Assembly: GCA_051530055.1 (NCBI GenBank)
Contig: CM121342.1
Span: 1,398,797-1,462,796, forward strand
Length of the DNA stretch: 64,000 bases
DNA from: Neoechinorhynchus agilis
Taxonomy: Eukaryota > Animalia > Acanthocephala
Direction: 5' to 3'
In this document: positions 25,244 to 37,990 of the stretch, piece after piece
Layout of the letters: every line of letters begins with the position of its first letter
How positions within the stretch are numbered: the first letter of the stretch is position 1
Program-made: the position numbers and the translations under genes
The notes under the pieces: model-generated
What the model saw: the letters and a program-made list of their open reading frames with translations, nothing else
The model's database searches: none
Told to the model about the DNA's origin: nothing

Positions 25244-25397
25244 CATTGCTTTTTTTCTCGTAAACCGTCGTCTAAGATGTGTGATTGGACATCAAACAGT
25301 TTTTTAAACTTTGGGAACAATGAATGTTTTTATTCAGCAATTGACCGAGATTAAAATATACGAAATTATACTCTTAAAATGTGTTTGCATCTTGCGT

Positions 25398-25512
25398 AAA
25401 AAGTAAAAAAAGAATTTATTGATTCCAATATTTCGACAAACTTACGAAAATATTCAAGAACTTACAAGCAACCTTGCCGAAATGTTGGAATCAATAAATT
25501 CTTTTACTTTTT
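25398..25512. repeat. MITE-like foldback, about 40-bp imperfect inverted repeats
   Basis: aaaaagtaaaa..gaatttattgattccaa.atttcg.caa (25398-25439) is mirrored at 25474-25512. Confidence 0.7.
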
Positions 25513-27972
25513 AAGATTGTTTTTAGTGAAGGCGTTTAAAGTTAAGAGATGATTTAATATTTTTTGTCCTCTACGCATGGATTTCTTCAAGACAATGCGT
25601 TATTGTAATTTTCTGTGAAAAAAAGTTTAAAGTCCTGCGCGTATAGGACGAAAAATATTAAATCATCTCTTAACTTTATTTCGACTTCGCCAAAAACTAT
25701 AATTCTTGTCAGTCTTCAACTTACTTCAACGCTGTACATTTGTCAGTGTGCTAAAAAACACCAATTTTGCGGTTTTAGCGACATTTGCACTCTAATTTGT
25801 TGGGTAGCCAATGAAATATAATTCTTTTTTGATGGTGAACGATTATTCGGAACTTTCTCCCATTACCTGGATCAATTTACGAATGAAATATTGTTCCCAG
25901 CAGGACACCTTTGATGTAAATAAGATTTGTGGGACTCTTTGTTTTCGGCGACTACTGGGTGTAATATTATTTGTCGGAAATTCTATTAGCGCCACTAAAG
26001 GGACACGTATTTTCGACATGACAAGAATTTTGGCTGAAACAAAAACGAGAGTTTTTCTAAGAATGATTTGCTGAAAGATTGCAAATCAGTGTTAGTCGGG
26101 TAGATTTTCTCACATTTAAACACATTTTGAACCAAAGTGACCTCAAAACAATCCAGTAGCCATTGGTCTATGTCAAATAATTATAGCTCGTGTTATATTT
26201 CAGGTCAAGATAAAAGTTACGAAACCAGTAGACGAGCTTATCATTCCCATTTCGTCGGACTCTTCGACTTTCGTTATCACCTCAAAGATCTTACGTATCG
26301 TTTGAATAGATAACACATCTTTGTCTGATCAATCAAATGAAGACGATGATGTTTTTCCTGATGGAATTAAAAGGATTACCGTTAATTTATAAATAGTAGA
26401 ATATTTTCAATTTATAAAGAAGACAAATGATCGCTGTCAATAAGTTTTATAATGTGGTATTTTGATTAAATAAGTATATCCTGCAGGATTGCGGCGATTT
26501 TTTCCTTGTATAATAATAAAAAAACCCGCTCATTTTATCCGTCTTTTCTGTTACTTCCTTAGAACGAACCAATTGATGCTCACCAACATTAAATAAAACT
26601 TAACCACAGATTCACGAAGAGTTTGAATGTCTCAATAAAATGTTTGTTGCTTAAAAAAACAAGTTTATGCAAGGTTAGATTTATATAGACTTCGTGAAAT
26701 TCGCTCGCCTTCGAGGATCACTAGTTCGACTTATTGGGCGTGAATATTTTGTCGTTAATTTAAAGGACTGATCTTAAATATCCCATTATGATCAGTTAGT
26801 AGCAATGTATAATACGCTTCATAAATCTGTGCTCTAAATTTTGTTCAATGTTGGCAGGACTCAATTAACTCTAAGCTTTTCAGAATCCACTTATATTGAC
26901 ATTTTATACCACAGGTAATTTATAAAAATACCGATGAGAACGGCGGAACATCTTTAACTACCGCATCCAGCATTGCTTTTCGAAATTGCTGATTCTCCGA
27001 TGATAAAAATAGTTGGCTACTCTGGGGTTCTTTGTTGTTGTTGCGGCCAACAATTTTCCAACTTGGTAATAAAAATTGTGCGGTGCTTAGTCCTTCAATT
27101 CTAATATGGAAATTAGTAGGAATTTATCAAGTGTAAATACAAAATCACAGTTTTGATTTACGGGTACGGAAATAAAAAAGTAAAAAATCTGTTAGATTTT
27201 ACAGAACCATTTTATTATCCGTTACAAAGAATGATTGCAACTATTTTAGGTTATCGCTGTATTGCTTTCTTGTAGTGCAACGTTTCTTGCACAAAGGTTC
27301 AACGGATGCCAAGGTTACAAGCAAACATTTGGCATGTATCCTTGAACTCGTACAAATGGGATTTAAAAGGACCTAAGAGAGTTATTGCGCTTCTGAATAA
27401 TGGCATTCACTGATTAATGAACCATTTACTATAGCACATTTATGATTGTGTTAACGTTTGCTGACAAAATTTCTATAATATAACTCAAGTTGGTATATCA
27501 CCAGAATATAAATCCGTATAGTTTAATTTTGTCCTAATAAACGTCGATTTTCCGTTGATCGAAAGGAATTATCTTTGATAATGGGCATCAGAAATTTTTG
27601 CATTAAATTGTTCCGACGGTACAATGCGAAACCGTAAGGACATTTTAAAGTTTAAACTCAATGAAAGAAAGTATTTGAAACTGATCATGTTGAGACTAAT
27701 GTAAAATAATTAAAGATTTTTGATCACGTAACTTTTACGATTGAAGTTGATTACAACTTGCACGTTAAATCATGGCCATCAAAATATTTCACATTTTGCT
27801 TTCTGTAGTATTCGGTCTTGGAACTGCCGATATGTGTGTTTAGAAATCTTCACCCGGTAAAGAATTTTTAATATGATGAACCCGACGATGTTCGAAACGT
27901 CTTTAAATCAAAAAACTGGCTTAGTTTGTACATTCCGTAATGTAATGAGGTGGTGAAGTGGACTAATGCCCT

Positions 27973-28010
27973 TGAGACTGATGAGTCCCGCCTCCCCGGG
28001 AGGTATCTCA
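27973..28010 (+). ncRNA. Type I hammerhead ribozyme-like remnant (GAAA and 3' half of stem II missing)
   Basis: TGAGA-CTGATGA-GTCCC-G-CCTCC-CCG-GGAGG-TA-TCTCA. Stem I (TGAGA/TCTCA), CUGAUGA core, stem III (CCTCC/GGAGG) and the GUA triplet are in correct order. Confidence 0.5.
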
Positions 28011-29180
28011 GAATCCGGAGGGATGTACAAACTCACACCGTGTGGCTCAGTATATTAAGTGATTTTATGCTCTTTCCTGAACCAGATCAGTGGATTGTGT
28101 GCCTAAAGAAAATAATCAGCAGTGATAAAAGGCCACACATTGATATTTAATAAGTTACCGGCTGGCCAGTCTTCAAAAATTAGAATAAATGTAGAAAAAA
28201 TTAAATTTTTTACATGCAAGCCAATTCTCATGAAAATTTGCGTAAAATTTTTTCTTAGGAGTTGTACTTGTGCAGAACTTTTAACGCGAAATTGATCGAG
28301 TTTAAACATATATAAAATTTCGTTTTATTTATGCGAAATCATATTCAAAATTTACGAAAATTTTCTCGTTGGCATTTATTTAAAGTGGATAGTTGAAAAG
28401 CTTATGTTTAATGTGATTTAAACAATTTTAACGGAGGCATTTAAGGAGAGCAAGAAAAGCGAAAAAATCATACTCTGTAATTCTAAAGGAAACAGACCGA
28501 GATCGAATTGAGCTCAAATTTAAAAAATTAAAGATATTTCCAATGCTCTGACATTTGTTGCTCCTAGAACGAGGTTGGACGACGAATGATCCGAAAAATG
28601 TTTAGTTGCTTTATAATTTAAGAAATTTGTGAAAACGATTGTCTTTTGATCTGCCATGTAAAACACGAATTGGTACTTTTTATTAGATAGAAAATTTCCC
28701 ATTCGAAAAAATGTGGAGCCAAATGAAAAAAGCTTAATCGCATGGAACAAAGACGTAAAGAAATGCTTTTCTCGGAGATGTTTACGGTATAAATCAGCAA
28801 CTCCAATTTAATACTAAAATCATTAACACCACCGCTCTGGACTTAAAGATAAACACGAATTAATTTAAAACTAGCAATTTAATTTTTAAAAATGGCCGAA
28901 ATCGCTATCGTCTGAGTGAAGTAAACAAAGACATCAATGAATACAATCAAATATCGATCCATAAAGACACCATCCCCAATCCCGTGGTGAATGCCTCGCG
29001 CCATAATCTCCCGTCGGACATAACAGTCGAAGGTGGATGAAATGCCTTCGTCCCCATTTGCCATACTTTCACTTCAACTGATAGCGCACAAGAAACGGAT
29101 ATTCGGGTGAGCATTTAAGTGTATTTAACCCCATTGTTCGAGTTCAGAAACGTTCCAGCCGGCGGGCTCGACTACGTTGT

Positions 29181-32100
29181 ACGCCTTCTTGGTTCCAAGC
29201 AGAGAATTTTTTATAATAAGAAAATATGAAATCTAATCATTGATTTATATCGGTACGAATCGATGAAATAGGGATAATGGAACTATTTTTTGTAATCACA
29301 ACGAATGATTGAATTTGGCGAGGACGCTTTCTTGGTTCCAATCGAAAGATTTTTATTAAAGGAGAATATGAGATCCCGTCAAAGTTATTGATTTATATCG
29401 GAAGGAATCGATCGAATGAGGATAATGAAAGTATTTTTTAACCAGAGCGAACGATTGAATTCGGTGAGGACGCTTTCTTGGTTCCAATCGAAAGATTTTT
29501 ATTAAAGGAGAATATGAGATCCCGTCAAAGTTATTGATTTATATCGGAAGGAATCGATGAAATAGGGATAATGGAACTATTTTTTGTAATCACAACGAAT
29601 GATTGAATTTGGCGAGGACGCTTTCTTGGTTCCAATCGAAAGATTTTTATTAAAGGAGAATATGAGATCCCGTCAAAGTTATTGATTTATATCGGAAGGA
29701 ATCGATCGAATGAGGATAATGAAAGTATTTTTTAACCAGAGCGAACGATTGAATTCGGTGAGGACGCTTTCTTGGTTCCAATCGAAAGATTTTTATTAAA
29801 GGAGAATATGAGATCCCGTCAAAGTTATTGATTTATATCGGAAGGAATCGATGAAATAGGGATAATGGAACTATTTTTTGTAATCACAACGAATGATTGA
29901 ATTTGGCGAGGACGCTTTCTTGGTTCCAATCGAAAGATTTTTATTAAAGGAGAATATGAGATCCCGTCAAAGTTATTGATTTATATCGGAAGGAATCGAT
30001 CGAATGAGGATAATGAAAGTATTTTTTAACCAGAGCGAACGATTGAATTCGGCGAGGACGCTTTCTTGGTTCCAATCGAAAGATTTTTATTAAAGGAGAA
30101 TATGAGATCCCGTCAAAGTTATTGATTTATATCGGAAGGAATCGATGGAATGAGGATAATGAAAGTATTTTTTAACCAGAGCGAACGATTGAATTCGGCG
30201 AGGAGCTTTCTTGGTTCATCGAGATTTTTATTAAAGGAGAATATGAGATCGTCAAAGTTATTGATTTATACGGAAGGAATATGAAATGGGGATAATGGAA
30301 GTATTTTTTAATCAGAGCGAACGATTGAATTGGCGAGGACGCTTTCTTGGTTCCAATCGAAAGATTTTTATTAAAGGAGAATATGAGATCCCGTCAAAGT
30401 TATTGATTTATATCGGAAGGAATCGATCGAATGAGGATAATGAAAGTATTTTTTAACCAGAGCGAACCATTGAATTCGGCGAGGACGCTTTCTTGGTTCC
30501 AATCGAAAGATTTTTAATAAAGGAGAATATGAGATCCCGTCAAAGTTATTGATTTATTTAGGAAGGAATCGATGGAATGAGGACAATGAAAGTATTTTTT
30601 AACCGGAGCGAACGATTGTATTCGACGAGGATGCTTTCTTGGTTCATATCGGAGGATTTTTATTAAAGGAGAATATGAGATCTGGTCAAAGTTATTGATT
30701 TATAGCGGAAGGAATAAATGAAATGAGGATGACGAAAGTATTTTTTAAGCAGAGCGAACGATTGAATTCGGCGAGGACGCTTTCTTGGTTCCAATCGAAA
30801 GATTTTTATTAAAGGAGAATATGAGATCCCGTCAAAGTTATTGATTTATATCGGAAGGAATCGATCGAATGAGGATAATGAAAGTATTTTTTAACCAGAG
30901 CGAACGATTGAATTCGGCGAGAACGCTTTCTTGGTTCCAATCGAAAGATTTTTATTAAAGGAGAATATGAGATCCCGTCAAAGTTATTGATTTATTTAGG
31001 AAGGAATCGATGGAATGAGGACAATGAAAGTATTTTTTAACCGAGCGAACGATTGATTCGCGAGGAGCTTTCTTGGTTCATCGAGATTTTTATTAAAGGA
31101 GAATATGAGATCTGTCAAAGTTATTGATTTATGGAAGGAATGATGAATGAGGATAATGAAAGTATTTTTTAACAGAGCGAACGATTGAATTCGGCGAGGA
31201 CGCTTTCTTGGTTCCAATCGAAAGATTTTTATTAAAGGAGAATATGAGATCCCGTCAAAGTTATTGATTTATTTTGGAAGGAATCGATGGAATGAGGATA
31301 GTGAAAGTATTTTTTAACCAGAGCGAACGATTGAATTCGGCGAGAACGCTTTCTTGGTTCCAATCGAAAGATTTTTATTAAAGGAGAATATGAGATCCCG
31401 TCAAAGTTATTGATTTATTTTGGAAGGAATCGATGGAATGAGGATAGTGAAAGTATTTTGTTAACCAGAGCGAACGATTGAATTCGGCGAGAACGCTTTC
31501 TTGGTTCCAATCGAAAGATTTTTATTAAAGGAGAATATGAGATCCCGTCAAAGTTATTGATTTATTTTGGAAGGAATCGATGGAATGAGGATAGTGAAAG
31601 TATTTTGTTAACCAGAGCGAACGATTGAATTCGGCGAGAACGCTTTCTTGGTTCCAATCGAAAGATTTTTATTAAAGGAGAATATGAGATCCCGTCAAAG
31701 TTATTGATTTATTTTGGAAGGAATCGATGGAATGAGGATAGTGAAAGTATTTTTTAACCAGAGCGAATGATTGAATTCGGCGAGGACGCTTTCTTGGTTT
31801 CAATCGGAAGATTTTTATTAAAGGAGAATATGAGATCCCGTCAAAGTTACTGATTTATATCGAAAGGAATCGATGAAATGAGGACAATGAAAATATTTTT
31901 TTTGTGACCATAACGAATGATTGAATTCGGTGAGGAAGCTTTCTTGGTTTCAATCGGAAGATTTTTATTAAAGGAGAATATGAGATCCCGTCAAAGTTAC
32001 TGATTTATATCGAAAGGAATCGATGAAATGAGGACAATGAAAATATTTTTTTTGTGACCATAACGAATGATTGAATTCGGTGAGGAAGCTTTCTTGGTTT

Positions 32101-32970
32101 CAATCGGAAGATTTTTATTAAAGGAGAATATGAGATCCCGTCAAAGTTACTGATTTATATCGAAAGGAATCGATGAAATGAGGACAATGAAAATATTTTT
32201 TTTGTGACCATAACGAATGATTGAATTCGGTGAGGAAGCTTTCTTGGTTTCAATCGGAAGATTTTTATTAAAGGAGAATATGAGATCCCGTCAAAGTTAC
32301 TGATTTATATCGAAAGGAATCGATGAAATGAGGACAATGAAAATATTTTTTTTGTGACCATAACGAATGATTGAATTCGGTGAGGAAGCTTTCTTGGTTT
32401 CAATCGGAAGATTTTTATTAAAGGAGAATATGAGATCCCGTCAAAGTTACTGATTTATATCGAAAGGAATCGATGAAATGAGGATAATGAAAGTATTTTT
32501 TAACCATAGCGAACGATTGAATTCGATGAGGACGCTTTCTTGGTTCCAATCGGAGGATTTTTATTAAGGGAGAATATGAGATCCCGTCTAAGTTATTAAT
32601 TTATATCGGAAGGAATCGATGAAATGAGGATATTGAAAGTATTTTTTAACCAGAGCGAATGATTTAATTCAGTGAGAACGCTTTCTTGGTTCCAATCGGA
32701 GGATTTTTATTTAAGGAGAATATGAGATCCCGTCAAAGTTATTGATTTATTTAACAAAGAATCGATGAAATTAGGACAATGAAAGTATTTTTTAACCAGA
32801 GCGAGATATTGAATTCTGTGAGAATCCTGTCTTGGTTTCAAGCGGTTGGCTTTTACAAAGAAGAATATGAGATCTTGCTGGAGTTATTGAGTTGTAGATT
32901 TATTTGGAAAGGACGAGATGGAATGAGAATATTTGAGGTATTTTAACCAGAGCTAACGATTGAATTTTGT
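29181..32970. repeat. Tandem satellite 2, unit 146-150 bp, about 25-26 copies
   Basis: ctttcttggttccaatcgaaagatttttattaaaggagaatatgagatcccgtcaaag recurs at 29327, 29473, 29621, 29767, 29915, 30061 and onward. Confidence 0.98.
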
Positions 32971-33145
32971 AAGAAAAAATAGCTTCTAAGGTAAAAGCAA
33001 TCAAACTTCAGTTGCAACATTCCACGAATTTAAAATGTGGCCAATGTCGCCGAAGCCATTTATCATAAAAAAACCAATCCTGGTTGAAAGCTTTCATTCA
33101 TTTATACAACCATTCACAATATGGTCGCTAGAGGGTTAAAATATG

Positions 33146-34282
33146 CTACATTGTCGGTGATGAACGATTGGAAATTGGTTCTTGGTTTTCTACACTTGTC
33201 CTTGGGATTGAAGATTGACTCGATGGTGCATACACTGAAGTTAGTGTTCCGGTGTCGGATAGACGAGGGGATTGCGACTCACACTGATGCAATTGAGTAT
33301 ACATCTGAGATGGCGCTTTAAGTTGAACCACTGATGTGCTCGCATCCGAACCGGAATCAATCAATTGCACAATATCGGATTTAACAGCTCGTTTTTTACG
33401 AGGTGGTACTGGCGGCTGTTGTACGATATCGGACGCGGCGAAAGCTTTTCTGCGACCACCTTCGGATCTATCTGTCATATTTACAACTGTCCGGGCTATG
33501 CGCTGTGTTAAATTACCAAAAGTCTCTAAAGCGTGCTCGGAAACCGGTGATTCCTCCTTTTCAGGCGGTTTAGTGTTCCTTGAACGATACGCGGACCACG
33601 AAGACGGACACTCGATATTTTCTCCGGATACCGGATCGACACTAAGTTCAGTATATGCTCTGGACTGTTGTTCTTCGTTGCAATTGGATTCCACTGATCG
33701 TGACTCGTGTTCAGAATACGATATTCGATTAGCATGGAGACCACGATATCCGTCCTCGACTGTATCTCTTGACAGAGTGTCCGGATGAAGAAGTTGACTG
33801 CGTTCTCCAAAAGCCTTTTTTGAGCCCTCATTCTTGATGAACTCTACAGAGTTCCCACTTCCCTCAAACGGGATTCTATTAAGTATAAAATTCGTCACAT
33901 TTCGTTTATTTTGGACTTCAAGGTCTTCAAGATCCCGTCTTCTTTTATAGTCCTCTCGTCTTATCGGCATTTCACTTGTCTTTGGAACACCCGCACATTC
34001 ATTCCTGAGGTATTTTATGGCTCGACAAATCGCCGCAATTCCGAGTCCAATAATGACCGAGACGGTTATTACCAAACCGAGGATCCATACGACCTTACCG
34101 GTGATCCCAGAGGTCAACTGGACGTGTTTTAAGCCCTGAGCTGTCTCGAGTAAAGCCTGTTTAATGAATTCAGGCGATCTGAGTGGATCGAACTGTATGT
34201 TGGTGGGTCGTTGTATTTTATTCACTTGTTCCGTTGGAATGATCGTCCAAGAGCTCCGAGGCTCTTCTACAGGTAAAAACAT
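33146..34282 (-). CDS. Unrecognised single-pass membrane protein, 378 aa ORF
   Basis: Long stop-free ORF in AT-rich DNA with one hydrophobic helix (VVWILGLVITVSVIIGLGIAAIC) followed by a basic stop-transfer and a Ser/Pro/Glu-rich tail with PPVPPRKKR. An acceptor-like tttttacctgtag near 34270 may mean upstream exons exist. Confidence 0.7.
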   Translation of the reverse strand: MFLPVEEPRSSWTIIPTEQVNKIQRPTNIQFDPLRSPEFIKQALLETAQGLKHVQLTSGITGKVVWILGLVITVSVIIGLGIAAICRAIKYLRNECAGVPKTSEMPIRREDYKRRRDLEDLEVQNKRNVTNFILNRIPFEGSGNSVEFIKNEGSKKAFGERSQLLHPDTLSRDTVEDGYRGLHANRISYSEHESRSVESNCNEEQQSRAYTELSVDPVSGENIECPSSWSAYRSRNTKPPEKEESPVSEHALETFGNLTQRIARTVVNMTDRSEGGRRKAFAASDIVQQPPVPPRKKRAVKSDIVQLIDSGSDASTSVVQLKAPSQMYTQLHQCESQSPRLSDTGTLTSVYAPSSQSSIPRTSVENQEPISNRSSPTM

Positions 34283-34699
34283 TGAAAATAGTATCTTTCA
34301 AAGGGAAGTTAATGTGAGAACGGACTTTTAAAGGATAAATTGTGCGACAACTCTTACACAATCGATGTTGTAACACTCGGCGGTGGAGAGAAGGCCGCGA
34401 AAACATTGCGAGAAAACAACAAAAAACCCAAAAAACCAATGGACGTTGCGGAAGAAGTAGCTAGGGAACTCTACGGGCATTCGACAGGCGGATTATCCTT
34501 TATATAATCTTCTTTTAAACCGAAAATATCCCAGGATGATTCTTTCAGGCGATTAAAGTGAGTGCTATTAAACTCGCCGTTCAATGAACTGAACTTTAAA
34601 CCGCCTTTTAGCGTATTTAACTGAGTCCGGATGCCGTCAAAGGATTTTTTCCTTATGTAAAATGGTCCTAACTTGAAACGGAGCTGCAGAAATCATTAT

Positions 34700-36770
34700 T
34701 TAATAAAAGGTCAGTCTGTCTAATTTACGAAAAACCAATATTCGCTTGTTCAAAAACTGTAAAAATGATAGCTTTCGTTGGCTATTGAATTCTGAGCTTA
34801 TTTTAAAGCTTTAGTCGAACTGTCAAAAATCTCCTTAAATAAAAAATGATCCTTAATGGTCCACGAAACTTTTATGATCTAAAACCTATCAGTTCTCGAA
34901 TCGAGCTGACGTAAACCTCCTTTAATAAAAAATAATAATACTTTATAGTTTACGAACTTTTACGTTATAAAAAAATGCCATTATTGCTCTTGTTCAAAAA
35001 CTGTGAAAATGATAGCTTTCGCTGGCTATTGAATTCTGAGCTTACAGGAGAGCCTTGATCGAACGGCCGAAAATCTCCTTTAATAAAAAATAATAATATT
35101 TAATAGTTTACGAACCTTTTCTAATCTAAGAAACCATTGTTGCGTTTGTTCAAAAACTATAAAAATGGTAGTTTTCGTTGGCCATCGAACTCTGAGCTTA
35201 TCGGAGAGCCTTAATCGAACTGCCGAAAATCTCATTTAATAGAAATAATACTTTATAATTTACGAGCTTTTACGTTATAAAAAATGCCATTATTGTTCTT
35301 GTTCAAAAACTGTAAAAATGATAGCTTTCGATGGCTATTGAATTCTGAACTTACCGGAGAGCCTTAATCGAACTGCCGAAAATCTCCTTTAATGAAAATA
35401 ATACTTTATAGTTTACGAACTTTTACGTTATAAAAAATGCTAATATTGCTATTGTTCAAAAACTGTAAAAATGATAGCTTTCGTTGGCTATTGAATTCTG
35501 AGCTTATTTTAAAGCCTTAGTCGAACTGTCATAAATCTCCTTTAATAAAAAATAATAATTTTTTTAGTTTACGAACCCTGTATGATATTAAAAACCATTA
35601 TTGCGCTTGTTCAAAAACCAAAAATTGTTGCCATCGTTGGCTATTGAATTCTGAGCTTATGGGATAGCCTTTATCGAACGGCCGAAAATCTCCTTTAACA
35701 AAAAATAATAATATTTAATAGTTTACGAACCTTTTCTGATCTAAGAAACCATTATTGCGCTTGTTCAAATACTGTAAAGATGGAAGTTTTTGTTGGCTAT
35801 CGAATTCTGACCTTATCGGAGAGCCTTAGTCGAACTGTCAAAAATCTCCTTTAATAAAAAATAATAATATTTAATGGTTTACGAACCTTTTCTGATCTAA
35901 GAAACCATTATTGTGCTTGTTCAAATACTGTAAAAAATGGTAGTTTTTGTTGGCTATCGAATTCTGACCTTATCGGAGAGCCTTAGTCGAACTGTCAAAA
36001 ATCTCCTTTAATAAAAAATAATATTTAATAGTTTACGAACCTTTTCTGATCTAAAAAACCAATATTGCGCTTGTTCAAAAACTGCAAAATGGTAGTTTTT
36101 GTTGGCTGTCGAATTTAGAGCTTATTTTAAAGCCTTAGTCCAACTGTCATAAATCTCCTTTAATAAAAAAATAATTATTTTTTTAGTTTAGAACCCTGTA
36201 TGATATTAAAAACCGTTATTGCGCTTGTTCAAAAACCAAAAATTGTTGCCATCGTTGGCTATTGAATTCTGAGCTTATGGAATAGCCTTTATCGAACGGC
36301 CGAAAATCTCCTTTAATAAAAAATAATAATATTTAATAGTTTACGAACCTTTTCTGATCTAAGAAACCATTATTGCGCTTGTTCAAAAACTATAAAAATG
36401 GCGGCTTTCGTTGGCGATAGAATTCAGAGCTTATTTTAAAGCCTTAGTCGGACTGTCAAAAATCTCCTTTAATAAGAAATAATAATATTTAATAGTTTAC
36501 GAACCTTTTCTGATGTAAGTAACCATTATTGCGCATGTTCAAAAACTAAAAATTGTGGCTCTCGTTAGCTATCGCTTTCTGAGCTTACCCGAGAGCCTTA
36601 GTCGAACTGTCAAAAATCTCTTTAAAAAATAATAATATTTAATCGCTTACGAACTCTTTATGATATGACAAAACCATTATTGCGCTTGTTCAATTCTGTA
36701 AAAATGTTAGTTTTTGTTAGCTATCGAATTCTGAGCTTATCGGAGAGCCTTATCGCGCTAATCGAACTGC
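34700..36770. repeat. Tandem satellite 3, unit about 154 bp, about 13 copies
   Basis: ttgttcaaaa recurs at about 34990, 35146, 35299, 35452, 35607, 35761, 35917, 36071, 36225, 36379, 36535 and 36686. Confidence 0.95.
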
Positions 36771-37779
36771 CGTAGGAATGACGCCTTGACTTTAACCAGA
36801 ATTTTCAAATGTGATGCCAATTGCACGATTGATTTTTGAAGGAAATTTTTTTGATTTACTGAACTCATTTATGTAGCAGGGAATAGTTTCGCAGATATTC
36901 TTAAAGTCCTTAGTAATTTTTTCTTATCAGAACTCAGACTTATGTCTTAATAAAACTCAAAATGACCAGGGAGAACACTTTTAAAAGGTGTCGTGCCATT
37001 TTCGTAGCCAAGGTACGGAGCAGTATTATTCGATAATGATAAAAATTTTCTGAAAGTTTAATAATTGTCTGAAGCATACTAAAGATCCGCCTTTTCTCAT
37101 TTGAGAAAGTTTGCGCCAAAAATCTTAAAAAATGCCGATAATTTGTACCATTAAAAAGTGCTACTTAAACAGTTTTGCTTTCACATCACAGTAGCAACTG
37201 AAACGTGATAGTAAAATAGCTGCAGACAGTATGGCCGGAGCGCTTTTGCCGTTATGTAGTATGGTTTGAGCGCATTACATTTCTTTAAGCCCTGGTCTTC
37301 GAATTTACAAACGGAGAGATTTACGTTTATCTATTAAATCTAATCTTCGTCTCTTTTGTCACGTTAGCAGTTTCAATTCTCTGCTAATGAAGAGCAATGA
37401 GAGCTGGTAGATATTCATCCGTAGATCTATCTGGTGTTTTATAAAAATAAACAAGACTAAGGTTTTCCATGCATTTATACTAAGTGGCGTTTCGTAACAT
37501 GATGGCTTTCTCTGGGGCATATTTACATTCGATACAGGTTGAGATCGCCAATTTTTTATTGCTAATTTCTACTACTAATGATCTTCTGCTAGGACAAAAT
37601 CACCGCTTTGGGAGCAGCCAGCTATATCAAGTGTTACCTTTTTTCTGCAGAATAGAAGTAATTCCAAAAGGATACTAGCGATGCTGATCTGTTATATATT
37701 TCGCACAGTTATCCCGAACCCATGGGAATTGTACTTGGTTCTCCTTTGAACACTATTTATCTCATAAGAAAATCGTTCT

Positions 37780-37990
37780 ACGCTGCTTGAGTGGATTCAA
37801 GGTTCATACTTATCTAACCGATCTTACGCTACATTTGACGTTGTGTTCAACAATGTTGCCCTTTATATAAAGGCTGATTTATCGTCTTTCCTCCTATTCC
37901 GACAACATTTTTAGGTCTCACATCTTAGAGAACCTTGTCTGCCTCAACGAGCTCACGAGGATATCAGCATAATCTCGACAGGCTGTGATC
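37780..37990 (+). mobile_element. Highly decayed CR1/L2-like RT fragment
   Basis: EWIQGSYLSNRS and QHNLDRL resemble the W..SYL.NR and LQ.DL..L motifs of RT. Short and broken. Confidence 0.35.

Noticed and set aside
26200-26400. Exon-like segment after tttcag on the plus strand
   Set aside because: The best frame has an internal stop and no partner exons were found.
33336-33788. 150-aa plus ORF antisense to the membrane-protein gene
   Set aside because: Shadow ORF of the real coding strand; the same applies to plus ORFs over the CRE and Gypsy elements.
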